From: Cellulomonas sp.
GTDB taxonomy: Bacteria; Actinomycetota; Actinomycetes; Actinomycetales; Cellulomonadaceae
NCBI GenBank assembly: GCA_022013895.1
Contig: JAKLPK010000057.1
Span: forward strand, 1-57,433
Direction of reading: 5' to 3'
Length of the DNA: 57,433 bases
Made by a program: the position numbers and the translations under genes. The notes under the pieces were generated by a model, which saw only the letters and a list, made by a program, of their open reading frames with translations, was not told the origin of the DNA and did not search any database. The stretch's first letter is position 1, and each line of letters starts with the position of its first letter. Positions 28,819 through 41,738 of this stretch are shown one piece after another.

Positions 28819-29798
28819 CCCCGCACCTCGCACCGCTGCCAGCACCGCCGATCGACTCCGAGAGCGCCGCCGCCCTGGCTCTCCAGGTGGTCCAGCCGTC
28901 CCCGATCACCGCGGCCGACATCCCGGCCAAACGGGCCGAGGACGCAGCGACCGCCGAGCTGGCGGTCCGTCGGATCGACGAGCTCGGTCTGGTGCGCACC
29001 GACGAGCTGGTCCGGAGCCCGGACGGTGCGGAGCTGACGATCAGCCTCGTGCACCGCCGCGACCGCATCCCGACGAGCCCGCTCATCTACTACCTGCACG
29101 GCGGCGGGATGATCCTCGGCAACCGCTGGAGCGGGGCCGAGGCGTTCCTCGACTGGATCGAGCGGTACAACGCAGTCGTGGCGACCATCGAGTACCGGCT
29201 CGCACCCGAGCACCGGTACCCGATCCCGCAGGAGGACTGCTACGCGGGCCTGTGCTGGCTGGACGAGCACTCCGGCCGGCTCGGGCTCAACCTGGACACC
29301 GCGCTGATGGCCGGTTTTAGTGCGGGCGCCGGCCTCGTCGCCTCGGTGACCCTCATGGCGCGGGACCGCAAGGGTCCCCGCGTCGGCGGCCAGCTGCTGA
29401 TGGCGCCGATGCTGGACGACCGCAACGAGACGGTGTCCACCCGCCAGTTCCCGACGGGTCTGTGGAACGCGACGGAGAACGAGCTCGGCTGGCGGTCGCT
29501 GCTCGGCCCCCTCTACGGGACGGCCGACGTCCCGACCTACGCGGCACCAGCGCGCACGACCAGGTTCGACGAGCTGCCCCCGGCCTTCATCGAGGCCGGG
29601 AGCGCCGAGGTGTTCCGGGACGAGTCCGTGACCTATGCTGCCGGGATCTGGGAGGCGGGCGGACAAGCAGAGCTGCATGTCTGGTCGGGAGCTTTCCACG
29701 GGTTCCAGATGCTCGAGCACACCGCACTCGCCCGCGGCGAACGTGACGCGTTGCGCAACTGGCTCGACCGGGCGCTGGGGTACTCGGGCCGAGACTGA
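28815..29798 (+). CDS. HSL-family alpha/beta hydrolase (esterase)
   Basis: HGGG oxyanion motif, YRLAPEH, GFSAG nucleophile, E..RDE and HGF. Confidence 0.9.
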   Translation: MTPHLAPLPAPPIDSESAAALALQVVQPSPITAADIPAKRAEDAATAELAVRRIDELGLVRTDELVRSPDGAELTISLVHRRDRIPTSPLIYYLHGGGMILGNRWSGAEAFLDWIERYNAVVATIEYRLAPEHRYPIPQEDCYAGLCWLDEHSGRLGLNLDTALMAGFSAGAGLVASVTLMARDRKGPRVGGQLLMAPMLDDRNETVSTRQFPTGLWNATENELGWRSLLGPLYGTADVPTYAAPARTTRFDELPPAFIEAGSAEVFRDESVTYAAGIWEAGGQAELHVWSGAFHGFQMLEHTALARGERDALRNWLDRALGYSGRD

Positions 29799-29872
29799 CG
29801 GAGGTCCGAGATGCGTCGACCGCCCCCGCCAGCCGCCGCGCCCGCGGCTGGCCGTGCACCGGGTGACGGACC

Positions 29873-30916
29873 GTGAAGGAGCTGTTGCAGCGACTGAGCG
29901 CCCTGGACGAGGGAGCCTCGGCCGCCCTCAAGATCATCACGTTCTTCGACACGTTGCTGAGCCAACGGGCCGGGCTCGAACCGTTCGTGCGCGGTGCCGC
30001 CGTGCTCTCGGGCTGGCCCGCCGGGTTCGGCCACCCGTTGCACCAGCTGTGGATCAGGGTCGACCCCGCGGGGCACGCGCTGCCCCCGATCTGCGATCTG
30101 GCATCGGTGGCCGACTGGCCCCACCTGGAGTTCGACGACGGCTCCGGTGCGATGGTGTGGATCGAACGCGGTGGTGAGCCGAACGGCAACGACTCCCTGA
30201 CGCTCGAACGTCTGGCCGCGGGACTGCGACTCACCCTGGAACGGGTCAGCCCGATGGATCTGGATGATGCGGGCGCGCTCGAGATCCTGCTGTCGACCAC
30301 GTCGACGGACGATGTGCGTCGCAAGGCCGCGCGCAGGCTGCGGCTGCCGACGGACCGCGCGCTGCGTGCGGTCGCCGCACCGCCGGACGTGCCCGCGCCC
30401 GCGGGGATGCGCTCGACGCTCATCGACTCGGCCGTCGGCACGGTGCTGGTCGGGGTGATCGAGGCGAGGTCGACGATCCGTCCCGGTCGCGGCGGGGTGG
30501 GCTCGGCCGTGTCGTTGCGGGGCGTACCGACGTCATGGCAGGAGGCGCTGCTCGCGGTGCGCATCGCGACGCCGCTGTGGCCCGTGGTCGACTGGGACCA
30601 GCTCGGTGTGCTGGGCCCGATGCTGGCTGCCTCCGAGGCCGCGGACTCCGAACCTCCGGACCTCGCCCATGTCGCGGCCGTCCTGCGGGAGCCGTGGGGC
30701 CTGGAGACACTGGATGCCCTGGCCGGGGCCGACTCGCACCGCGGCGCCGCGCACGTCCTGGGACTGCACCACTCGACGGTGCAGGCCCGGGTCGCCCAGG
30801 TCGAGAACGAGCTCGGCTTCGAGGTCGGTCCCCCGGCCGGCCGGCTCCGCCTGGCACTCGCCCTGCGGCTCTACCAGGCCCGGCACGTGCGGTTCCCGCA
30901 CAGCGGCGCGTCGTAG
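29873..30916 (+). CDS. PucR/CdaR-family transcriptional regulator
   Basis: C-terminal HTH (AAHVLGLHHSTVQARV...RLRLALAL). Confidence 0.75.
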   Translation: MKELLQRLSALDEGASAALKIITFFDTLLSQRAGLEPFVRGAAVLSGWPAGFGHPLHQLWIRVDPAGHALPPICDLASVADWPHLEFDDGSGAMVWIERGGEPNGNDSLTLERLAAGLRLTLERVSPMDLDDAGALEILLSTTSTDDVRRKAARRLRLPTDRALRAVAAPPDVPAPAGMRSTLIDSAVGTVLVGVIEARSTIRPGRGGVGSAVSLRGVPTSWQEALLAVRIATPLWPVVDWDQLGVLGPMLAASEAADSEPPDLAHVAAVLREPWGLETLDALAGADSHRGAAHVLGLHHSTVQARVAQVENELGFEVGPPAGRLRLALALRLYQARHVRFPHSGAS

Positions 30917-30933
30917 CGGCGCCGCGCCGCGTC

Positions 30934-32610
30934 TCAGCCGCCCGGACGCGGGGAGCGGTCCAGGAACCTGCCGATCACCGGCAGCTCGGTCACGCCTTCG
31001 GCCTCGGCCATCACCAGCGCCTGGGTCGCCACGAACTCGGCGGCGTCCAGCACCACGTACCGCGGGACCCAGCCAGGGCCGTACTTGGAGTTGAAGGTCG
31101 CCAGGCTGGACATCTGCGTCGTGGCCGACACCCGCTGCAGCAACGGGCGCACGAGGGCGTCGAACCTGGTGGCGGGTTCGTTCTCGAGCACCTCACGCAT
31201 CACCGCGAAGTTGAGGCCCAGCCCACGCTGCCCGCGGCGCACCACCTCGTCGATGGTCCGTGCGATCGTGAAGTCGATCAGCCCGTTGGGCAGGTCCTCG
31301 ACGTCCATCCGCCGGCGCATCACATCGAGCGACCAGCCGTCGATCGCAGCGGCCGGGGTGAACTGGCAGAACGCGTCGACCCGCCCGTCGGGTGCCCGGG
31401 TGAGCGCGAGCAGCAGACCGGTGTCGTCGGGGTCGAACATCCGGGACAGGGTCATCGAGAAGCCGCGTTCACCTTCGCCGTGCCGGGACTCGCCGGCCAT
31501 CGCCAGCACCTGGGCGCGGGAGCCGTCATCGAGCACCAGGGGGTCGACGAAGGTCGTGGTCCAGCCGCCCTTGGCGACCCGGTTGACGGCCTGCCGCAAC
31601 GACTTGCGCTCACCGCCGGCCAACGTGAAGCTCGGGCAGTCGACGATCGCCTCGTCGCCCAGGTAGACGGTGCGCAGCCCGCTCGTCTCGTACACCGGCA
31701 GCCAGGGCGCCGAGGCCCCGATGACGGCGACGGACCAGCCGAAGTCGTGCGCGTAGTCGAGGAACTCGACCCAGGTCTGCTCACGTTCCTCGGGCGGGCC
31801 GATCGGATCGGGTGACACCAGGCAGACCCCGGCACGCACCGAGTGGGCGACCACCGACTGGCCGACGAAGAACCATGACTTGTCGTCCCGCAGCGCGAAG
31901 TAGTCGAGCGTGCCCCCGCCGTGGCGGGCGACGATCGCGCGCGCCCGCTCCCGCTCCAGGCGCTGGTCCCGGGACCCGAGCCGGAGCGGTCGACGCGGTG
32001 CGACCAGGCTCCAGCCCAGTGCGACGAGGAAACCCACCGTGAGGGCGGCCTCGATGAGGTGGGCGACCCGCCGGATCCGCAGATCGGACACGGGGTGCGG
32101 ATCGTGCAGGGCCATCATGGCGAACAGCCCCGCGAGCACGAGGATGACGAGCACCCCGACGACGGCGAGCACGGCGGACCGGCGCACGGCCCGCCGCTGG
32201 GGCAGCACGGGGAACGCCGACCGGCGGGCGAGCAGCCAGAGCAGTCCTGCTGCCGTGATCGCGACGCCGGGCAGCGACCGGGCGCCCGCCGCGAGGTGCA
32301 GCAGGGCCGAGGCCGCCAGCACCACGACGCTGCCGAGGTAGGCCAGCCGGCTGCCGCGCGGCAGTCCGCGGGAGAGCAGCAGCAGCGCGATCGACACGAT
32401 GAGCAACGAGGAGCGGGCGGTGCCCGGCACCAGCCCGGGCAGGACGTCACGCAGGAAGCCCCATGAACGCCACAGCCGGGGTCGCAGCGCCGACAGCGCG
32501 GTGAGCACCCCGATCACCAGCACGACGCGGGAGGCGATGCCGCGCACCCGCAGCCGGGTGCGCTGCGCGGCCAGCGCCGTATGTGCCGTCCGCGGACCCA
32601 GAGTGCTCAC
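30934..32610 (-). CDS. MprF/LysX-like aminoacyl-phosphatidylglycerol synthase domain protein (DUF2156)
   Basis: N-terminal TM helices; TLDYFALRDDK, DPIG, GDEA, ERGFSM, SLDVMRR, FNSKY.P.W.PRY; start approximate. Confidence 0.85.
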   Translation of the reverse strand: MSTLGPRTAHTALAAQRTRLRVRGIASRVVLVIGVLTALSALRPRLWRSWGFLRDVLPGLVPGTARSSLLIVSIALLLLSRGLPRGSRLAYLGSVVVLAASALLHLAAGARSLPGVAITAAGLLWLLARRSAFPVLPQRRAVRRSAVLAVVGVLVILVLAGLFAMMALHDPHPVSDLRIRRVAHLIEAALTVGFLVALGWSLVAPRRPLRLGSRDQRLERERARAIVARHGGGTLDYFALRDDKSWFFVGQSVVAHSVRAGVCLVSPDPIGPPEEREQTWVEFLDYAHDFGWSVAVIGASAPWLPVYETSGLRTVYLGDEAIVDCPSFTLAGGERKSLRQAVNRVAKGGWTTTFVDPLVLDDGSRAQVLAMAGESRHGEGERGFSMTLSRMFDPDDTGLLLALTRAPDGRVDAFCQFTPAAAIDGWSLDVMRRRMDVEDLPNGLIDFTIARTIDEVVRRGQRGLGLNFAVMREVLENEPATRFDALVRPLLQRVSATTQMSSLATFNSKYGPGWVPRYVVLDAAEFVATQALVMAEAEGVTELPVIGRFLDRSPRPGG

Positions 32611-32686
32611 AACGGCCCAGTCTGGCCCCTCGCCGCCGCAGTCCCCGCATTCGTCGATGCGCAGGCCGAGAGGGCAGGATGACCCG

Positions 32687-33829
32687 ATGCGCAGCGAGGT
32701 GCCGGGGCCGGACGTGACGATCAGCCGCTCGGTGCTGCGGGAGCTCGCCCGGGGCGGCGACCTCATCAGCTCGGGCTGGACGGCGGCTGCCGTCGGTGCG
32801 CTGGCTGTCGGGCTCGTCGTCGTGGCGGTGCTGCGCCGTCGACGACGCCGCCGGTCGTGGCCCTGGGCGCTCGGGGCCGGGACGGCCGCCGTGCTGGCGC
32901 TCGCGGTGACCGCCAATGCGATCGTCGGCTACGTGCCGAACGTCCAGTCGTTGCAGACCACGCTGTCCGGCTGGGGCCTGGCGCCCTCGCCGACGCTGTC
33001 CCACGGGACGGCGACACCGGTCTCGGCGGGTCCGGGCCAGGGCGCCACCCAGGCGTTCAAGGTGCCGAGCCCCGCCTCGCTCGCCATGCCGACGGACTCG
33101 ATCACGTGGGTCTACACCCCGCCCGGCTACGACGGCACCGATGCCACCCGCTACCCGGTGGTGTACCTGATCCATGGCAGTCCCGGGGCGTCCGGGGACT
33201 GGTTCGCGGCCGGGGACGCACCTCATGCGATGGATGTGCTCATCGAGGCCGGGCTGGTGCAGCCGATGATCGTGGTGAGCGTCGACGTCAACGGCACGGG
33301 TGCGGACACCGATGACACGGAGTGCCTGGACTCGACGCGCGGCGGCTCGCAGGTCGAGACCTATCTCACGACGGTGCTGGTGCCGTGGGTGGATGCGACC
33401 TTCGCGACCGAACCGGATGCGGCGCACCGGGTGATCGGCGGCTTCTCCTCGGGCGGTTTCTGCACCCTGGACCAAGGGCTGCGGCACCCCGAGCTGTGGG
33501 GCACGCTGCTGGCCGTCGCCCCCTACGCCACGCCGGGGGACGGCGGTGACGCCATGCTCGCCACCCACGAGGAGTGGCTGACCCACGATGTGACGGCCTA
33601 CGCGCCCACGATGACGATCGACCCCGACCAGCATGTGTTCATCGCGGTCTCGGCCGAGTCGACGGCGCCCGCCGTGGACGCCGTGCGCACGGTGGCCCAG
33701 ACGCTCGACGACCGCGGCGCCGATGTGGTGCTCGACGAGGTCACGGGTGTGGGGCACACCTGGACCATGGCCCGCTCGACCCTGCCGTACGGCCTGGTGT
33801 GGGCCTCGGGGCGGATGTCGGGCGGCTGA
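32687..33829 (+). CDS. membrane-anchored esterase (putative esterase / Ag85-like alpha/beta hydrolase)
   Basis: Two N-terminal TM segments; VYTPPGY, YPVVYLIHGSPG, GFSSG, GHTW. Confidence 0.82.
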   Translation: MRSEVPGPDVTISRSVLRELARGGDLISSGWTAAAVGALAVGLVVVAVLRRRRRRRSWPWALGAGTAAVLALAVTANAIVGYVPNVQSLQTTLSGWGLAPSPTLSHGTATPVSAGPGQGATQAFKVPSPASLAMPTDSITWVYTPPGYDGTDATRYPVVYLIHGSPGASGDWFAAGDAPHAMDVLIEAGLVQPMIVVSVDVNGTGADTDDTECLDSTRGGSQVETYLTTVLVPWVDATFATEPDAAHRVIGGFSSGGFCTLDQGLRHPELWGTLLAVAPYATPGDGGDAMLATHEEWLTHDVTAYAPTMTIDPDQHVFIAVSAESTAPAVDAVRTVAQTLDDRGADVVLDEVTGVGHTWTMARSTLPYGLVWASGRMSGG

Positions 33830-33832
33830 GCC

Positions 33833-34984
33833 TCACGGCCCGAGACGGGCCAGCAGGTCACGGACCGCCTCGGACGTCTCGGCCCCGCACCCCTGCGCCC
33901 CGCCGGCGGCCGAGCCGATGACCAGCACCCGGGGTTCGGCGACGACCGCGCCGCCGTCCAGGTGCAGCGGGCCGCCGGGGGTGCGCAGGTGCAGCGGGGC
34001 GAGGTGGCCGAGCGAGGGCCGGAAGCCGGTGGCCCACACGATCGCACCGGCCGCGACGAAGGGCGGCCCGTCGACCCATCCGGTACCGGCACCGCCGGTC
34101 CCGTCGTCGTCGGTCCCGCCGTCCGCCGCCCCGCCGTCCGCCGCCCCGGCGTCCCCGGGCTCCCAGGGTGCGAACCACACGCCGCGGGCCCCGATCCGTT
34201 CGAACATCGGCCGGGCCACCATCGCACCGGCCGCGGCCGCCGCCTCCACGGCGGGCGTGCGGTCGCGCGGGTCGATCCGCGGCGGGTTCCGGGTCACCCA
34301 GCAGGTCGGGGTCACGGCGGACAGCTCGGCCACGATGTGCACGGCGGACGCGCCTCCGCCGACCACGACGACCGGACCGTCGGCCAGCTCGGCCGGCGTG
34401 CGGTAGTCGCGGGCGTGCAGCTGACGGCCGATGAACGAGTCCCGACCCGGGTAGACCGGCCAGAACGGTTTGCCCCACGACCCGGTCGCGCTGATGAGCG
34501 CGCGGGCCCGGAAGGTGACCTGCTCGTCGGGCAGCCGCACATGGCGGGACTCGACGGCGAACCGGTCACCGTCGCGGCGCACCGCACGCACATGCACCGG
34601 GCGCTGCACGTGCAGGGCGAACGCATCCTCGTACTGGGCGAAGTAGGCGGGCACGGCACTGGCGGCCGAGGCCTCGGCGTCGGGCACCGACAGCGGCATC
34701 CCCGGCAGGGTGTGCGCCCGGTGGGCGGCGGCCATCGTCAGGCCGGGCCAGCGCAGCTGCCAGGCCCCACCGGGCGCGGGCGAGTCGTCGAGGACCACGA
34801 ACGTCGCCGCGGCGTCCTGCCAGCCGAGCGATCCGATGGCCGCCAGCCCCGCCCGGCGCAGGTGGTGGGCCGCGCACAGCCCGGCCTGACCGGCACCGAT
34901 GACCGCCACATCGACGTCCACCGTCCGCTGCCCCGCGGGGGGACGACGACGGTCTCGACGGCGGGTCGGCGTGGGCGCGTCCAT
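33833..34984 (-). CDS. FAD/NAD(P)-dependent oxidoreductase (flavin monooxygenase-like)
   Basis: [29 protein letters not shown]. Confidence 0.82.
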   Translation of the reverse strand: MDAPTPTRRRDRRRPPAGQRTVDVDVAVIGAGQAGLCAAHHLRRAGLAAIGSLGWQDAAATFVVLDDSPAPGGAWQLRWPGLTMAAAHRAHTLPGMPLSVPDAEASAASAVPAYFAQYEDAFALHVQRPVHVRAVRRDGDRFAVESRHVRLPDEQVTFRARALISATGSWGKPFWPVYPGRDSFIGRQLHARDYRTPAELADGPVVVVGGGASAVHIVAELSAVTPTCWVTRNPPRIDPRDRTPAVEAAAAAGAMVARPMFERIGARGVWFAPWEPGDAGAADGGAADGGTDDDGTGGAGTGWVDGPPFVAAGAIVWATGFRPSLGHLAPLHLRTPGGPLHLDGGAVVAEPRVLVIGSAAGGAQGCGAETSEAVRDLLARLGP

Positions 34985-35028
34985 GGCGAGGCCCACGCTA
35001 CCGGTCGCACCGCGTGCTGAGATGGGGC

Positions 35029-38183
<3,155 letters not shown>

Positions 38184-38187
<4 letters not shown>

Positions 38188-39152
38188 CCGAGGGGGTCAC
38201 CGCACCGGTCCAGGCGGCCGGTGCGCTCGTCTGGCGGGTGCGCACCGGACGGTTGCAGGTGGCGCTCGTGCACCGGCCGCGGTACAAGGACTGGTCCTGG
38301 CCGAAGGGCAAGCTCGAACCCGGTGAGGGCACCGTCGAGGCCGCGATCCGTGAGGTCGCGGAGGAGACCGGGCTCGACGTGGTCCTGGGGATCCCGCTGC
38401 CCGGGCTCGAGTACGAGTCGGCCGGCCGACCCAAGCAGGTGCACTACTGGGCCGCCGAGGTCGCCGGACGGCCGGACCGGTTCGCGTTGACGGCCCGTCC
38501 GCCGGTGCCGCGGGCTGACCGCGCCGAGATCGACCAGGTCCGCTGGTTCGATGTGGAGACCGCCGCGCAGCGGCTGACCCGCCCCTCGGACCGCGAACCG
38601 CTCGATGTGCTCGTCGAGGAGCACGCACAGGGCCGGCTGGTCACCCGGGCCCTCGTGGTGGCTCGGCACGGCCGCGCCCGTAAACGCGCGCACTGGACGG
38701 GGACCGAGCTGGACCGCCCGTTGACCCCGACCGGGCGCCGCCAGGCCGCCGGGCTGGTGCCGGTGCTCTCGGCGTTCGGCGTGGCGCGTGTCGTGACCAG
38801 CCGGTGGGCGCGGTGCGAGCAGACCGTCCGGCCGTACGCGGATGCGGCAGCGGTGGACCTGGTGACCTCGGACCTGCTCACCGAGGACGCCCACGCCGAC
38901 TCCCCCGCCCGGGTGGCGGCCGAGATGATCGACCTGCTGTGGACCGACGGCGACGCCGTGGTCTGCACCCATCGACCGGTGCTGCCCACGGTGCTCGATG
39001 TGCTCGCCACCCATGCGAACCGTGCGGTGGCCGACGCCCTGCCGACGATGGACCCGTTCCTGCGCCCGGGCCAGGTGCTCGTCACCCATGTCGCGGACGG
39101 TCCTGCGGGACCGCGGGTCGTGGCCACCCAGCTGATCGGGCCGACGGAGTAG
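38184..39152 (+). CDS. mutT1: MutT1-like Nudix hydrolase + histidine phosphatase domain
   Basis: [14 protein letters not shown], Nudix box [11 protein letters not shown] motif, CTHRP. Confidence 0.88.
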
Positions 39153-39180
39153 ACCGACCGCTGCAGCGGGCCTGCGCAGC

Positions 39181-40185
39181 TCAGAGCAGCACGAGCTCCA
39201 GCAACCAGAACACGAGCGCCGCGACCACGGCGGCGGCCGGGATGGTGAGCACCCAGGCGACCGCGATGTTCCTCGCGACGCCCCAGCGCACGGCCGAGGC
39301 CCGTTTGGTGGCGCCGACACCCATGATGGCGCTGGTCACGACGTGCGTGGTCGACACCGGGGCGTGCAGCACGAACGCATTGAGGTAGAGCACCGTGGCC
39401 GACACCGATTCGGCGACGAAACCGCGGGCCGGGTCGACCTCGATGATCTTGCGACCCAGGGTGCGCATGATCCGCCAGCCGCCCGAGTAGGTGCCCAACG
39501 AGATGGCGGTCGCCGCTGCGAGCTTGACCCACAACGGGATGGTGTGGCCCGGGTTGGCCCAGCCGACCGAGAGCAGCGCCAGGAAGATGACACCCATCGT
39601 CTTCTGCGCATCCTGCAGACCGTGGCCCAGCGCCATCGCCGAGGCCGAGACGGTCTGGGCGAGCCGGAACCGCCGGAACGTGCGGTGCGGTGAGCTGTTC
39701 CGGAACGCCCAGAGCACCCCGATCATCACGACGAACGCCACGAAGAACCCGACGGTCGGCGAGACCACCATCGGGATGAGCACCCGGTCGACCACCTGGG
39801 CCCCGTAGATGCCCAGCCCCCCGGCCAGCCCCGCCCCCACCAGGCCACCGATGAGCGAGGGCGTCGAGGAGGACGGCAGCCCGAACCACCAGGTGATGAG
39901 GTTCCACGTGAGGGCGCCGATCAGGGCCGCGACGATGACGACGAGCGAGAGCCGGGCCGGTGCGTCCTGCAGGTCGACGATGGCGGTCGCGATGGTCTCC
40001 GCGACCTTGGTCGACAGCAGCGCCCCGACGAAGTTCATCACCGCGGCCATCAGGAGCGCGACCCGCGGCGTGAGCGCCCGGGTGGAGACAGAGGTCGCGA
40101 TGGCGTTGGCCGCGTCGTGGAAACCGTTCGTGTAGTCGAAGCTCAGCGCGAGCGCGACGACCAGCACGACGAGCGCGGACTCCAC
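39181..40185 (-). CDS. inorganic phosphate transporter (PiT family)
   Basis: NGFHDAANAIAT, HGLQDAQK, PVSTTH. Confidence 0.92.
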   Translation of the reverse strand: MESALVVLVVALALSFDYTNGFHDAANAIATSVSTRALTPRVALLMAAVMNFVGALLSTKVAETIATAIVDLQDAPARLSLVVIVAALIGALTWNLITWWFGLPSSSTPSLIGGLVGAGLAGGLGIYGAQVVDRVLIPMVVSPTVGFFVAFVVMIGVLWAFRNSSPHRTFRRFRLAQTVSASAMALGHGLQDAQKTMGVIFLALLSVGWANPGHTIPLWVKLAAATAISLGTYSGGWRIMRTLGRKIIEVDPARGFVAESVSATVLYLNAFVLHAPVSTTHVVTSAIMGVGATKRASAVRWGVARNIAVAWVLTIPAAAVVAALVFWLLELVLL

Positions 40186-40190
40186 CTGAC

Positions 40191-40811
40191 TCAGGACTCC
40201 TTGAGTGCGATGGTCTCGACGGTGTTGGCGACCTTCTCGAAGGCGTCCGCGGCGTCCTCGAGCTTCTCGACGACCTCCTTGAGCTTCATGAGCTCGATCG
40301 GGTCCTTCACATCGTCGAACAGCTGGGCGAGCAGCTTGCGGTGCGCCTTGTCGGCCTGGTTCTCCAGGCGGTTGACCTCGACCCAGTACTCGGGCAGCGA
40401 CTCCATCGAACGCAGCCGCGGCATCGCCTCGGCGGTGAGCTCGGCGGCGCGCTGGAGCACCTGGATCTGGTCCGTGACCCGCGGCGGGAGCGCCTCGATC
40501 CGGTAGAGGACCACCAGATCGGCGGCCTCCTCCATGTAGTCCATGCAGTCGTCGAGCGCGCTGGCGAGCGTGTAGATGTCGTCGCGGTCGAACGGGGTCA
40601 CGAAGGTCTGGTTGAGGCGCCGCATGATCTCGTGCGTCGCGTCGTCGGCCGCATGCTCGGCCTCGGCCATGCGCTTGGCGATGTCCTTGCGACCGGCGCG
40701 GTCGGCGCCCAGCATCTCGGCCAGGAGGTTCGCGCCGGTGACCAGGTGCTGGGCCGAGGCGGCGAACAGATCGAAGAATGTGGTGTCACGCGGAGTGAGG
40801 CGAAAGCGCAC
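40191..40811 (-). CDS. DUF47 family PhoU-like phosphate transport regulator
   Basis: EH.AD, TFVTPFDRDDI, LENQAD, LE.AAD; adjacent to pit. Confidence 0.9.
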   Translation of the reverse strand: MRFRLTPRDTTFFDLFAASAQHLVTGANLLAEMLGADRAGRKDIAKRMAEAEHAADDATHEIMRRLNQTFVTPFDRDDIYTLASALDDCMDYMEEAADLVVLYRIEALPPRVTDQIQVLQRAAELTAEAMPRLRSMESLPEYWVEVNRLENQADKAHRKLLAQLFDDVKDPIELMKLKEVVEKLEDAADAFEKVANTVETIALKES

Positions 40812-40907
40812 GTCAAGCTCCACAGGGGGTGTCGGGCACGCGCCAAGGCTAGGACACCGCGACCCCTGGGCATAACCGTGCGGTCACCTGATCGACACCC
40901 GGGAGGT

Positions 40908-40990
40908 GACGCCGGGCCGGGAGCGCCTCTCGGCGCGGGGCCGCTCGAAGCGGCTGTCAATGGAGCCCGGGGCTACCGCGACCCGGCGTC
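40908..40990 (-). ncRNA. unassigned structured small RNA candidate (closing stem plus three hairpins)
   Basis: 12-bp closing stem with a G-U pair valid only on the minus strand; hairpins AGCC-CCG-GGCU, GCCGCU-UCG-AGCGGC, GCGCC-GAGA-GGCGC; TACGAT -10 on minus strand at 40997-41002. Confidence 0.6.
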
Positions 40991-41059
40991 CAGCACATCG
41001 TACGTGGGGTGGTCGCCGTTGCCCCGCGGTCCCGGCGTCGGGCCGGCAGGTCCACCCCT

Positions 41060-41704
41060 TCAGTCGAGCCGGTCCAGGCGCCACAGCCGCGCAGCGGCGG
41101 AGAGCTCCTCGGCCGTGCGCTGCAACGACGCGGCCCCGGTGGTCGTGCGCGCGGCACCGTGCGGGTCGGCCAGGTCCAGGTGGTCGGCGTCGAACGCCGT
41201 CCCGGTGGCCACCACGCGGCAGAACGCAGCGGCACGGTCCAGCGCCACATCGAGGTCACGCCTGTACAGGCCGGTCAGGACCGCGTCGACGAGGGTGACC
41301 ACGTCCTGCGCACCGGGCGGTGAGGCGACCCCGGCCACCACATCGTGCACGGGCGCGGCTGCGACACCCTGCCGGTACCGGTCGGCGACGAGCTCGGGGT
41401 CGGACCGCACCCAGGTGCGCAGGGCGTACAACCGCCAGAGGGCGCCCGGCAGCGTGTCCGACGGGCTCGCCGACCACAGGGCCGCGACGGTCGACAGCCC
41501 CTCGTCCTCGACGAGGGCGAGGAGCCGGGCGAGCACGGCGGGGTCGTCCGACGAACGTCCCCGGTGGACGAGCATCTGCGCGGTCGTGTGGGCGAGCTCG
41601 ACGAGCTGCGCCGGATCGCCCTCACCGGGCAGCCGGTCGGCCGCCGCGGCATCCAGCGATGCCGGCCGTCGCGGCCTGCTCCGTCCGTCACCCGTCGAGT
41701 TCAC
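41060..41704 (-). CDS. hypothetical helical protein, function unknown
   Basis: GC3-biased frame; LW..SP..TLPGALWRLY and D..VALDRAAAFCRV look like conserved blocks; start approximate. Confidence 0.7.
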   Translation of the reverse strand: MNSTGDGRSRPRRPASLDAAAADRLPGEGDPAQLVELAHTTAQMLVHRGRSSDDPAVLARLLALVEDEGLSTVAALWSASPSDTLPGALWRLYALRTWVRSDPELVADRYRQGVAAAPVHDVVAGVASPPGAQDVVTLVDAVLTGLYRRDLDVALDRAAAFCRVVATGTAFDADHLDLADPHGAARTTTGAASLQRTAEELSAAARLWRLDRLD

Positions 41705-41738
41705 CGCACGATCATCTCCCGACGGGGCGGAGCGGCGC

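Noticed and set aside
34090-34155. Gly/Asp-rich repeat ([16 protein letters not shown]) in the flavoprotein
   Set aside because: Short in-frame slippage duplication in a probable loop; no sign of function
40882-40899. PHO-box-like repeats GGTCACC / CGACACC upstream of DUF47-pit
   Set aside because: Second half-site is weak and orientation is opposite to the gene; plausible but not supportable
40908-40990. tRNA or simple intrinsic terminator
   Set aside because: No TTC T-loop in tRNA position, no 7-nt anticodon loop or CCA; multi-branched with its own -10 and no U-tract; kept as unassigned ncRNA instead
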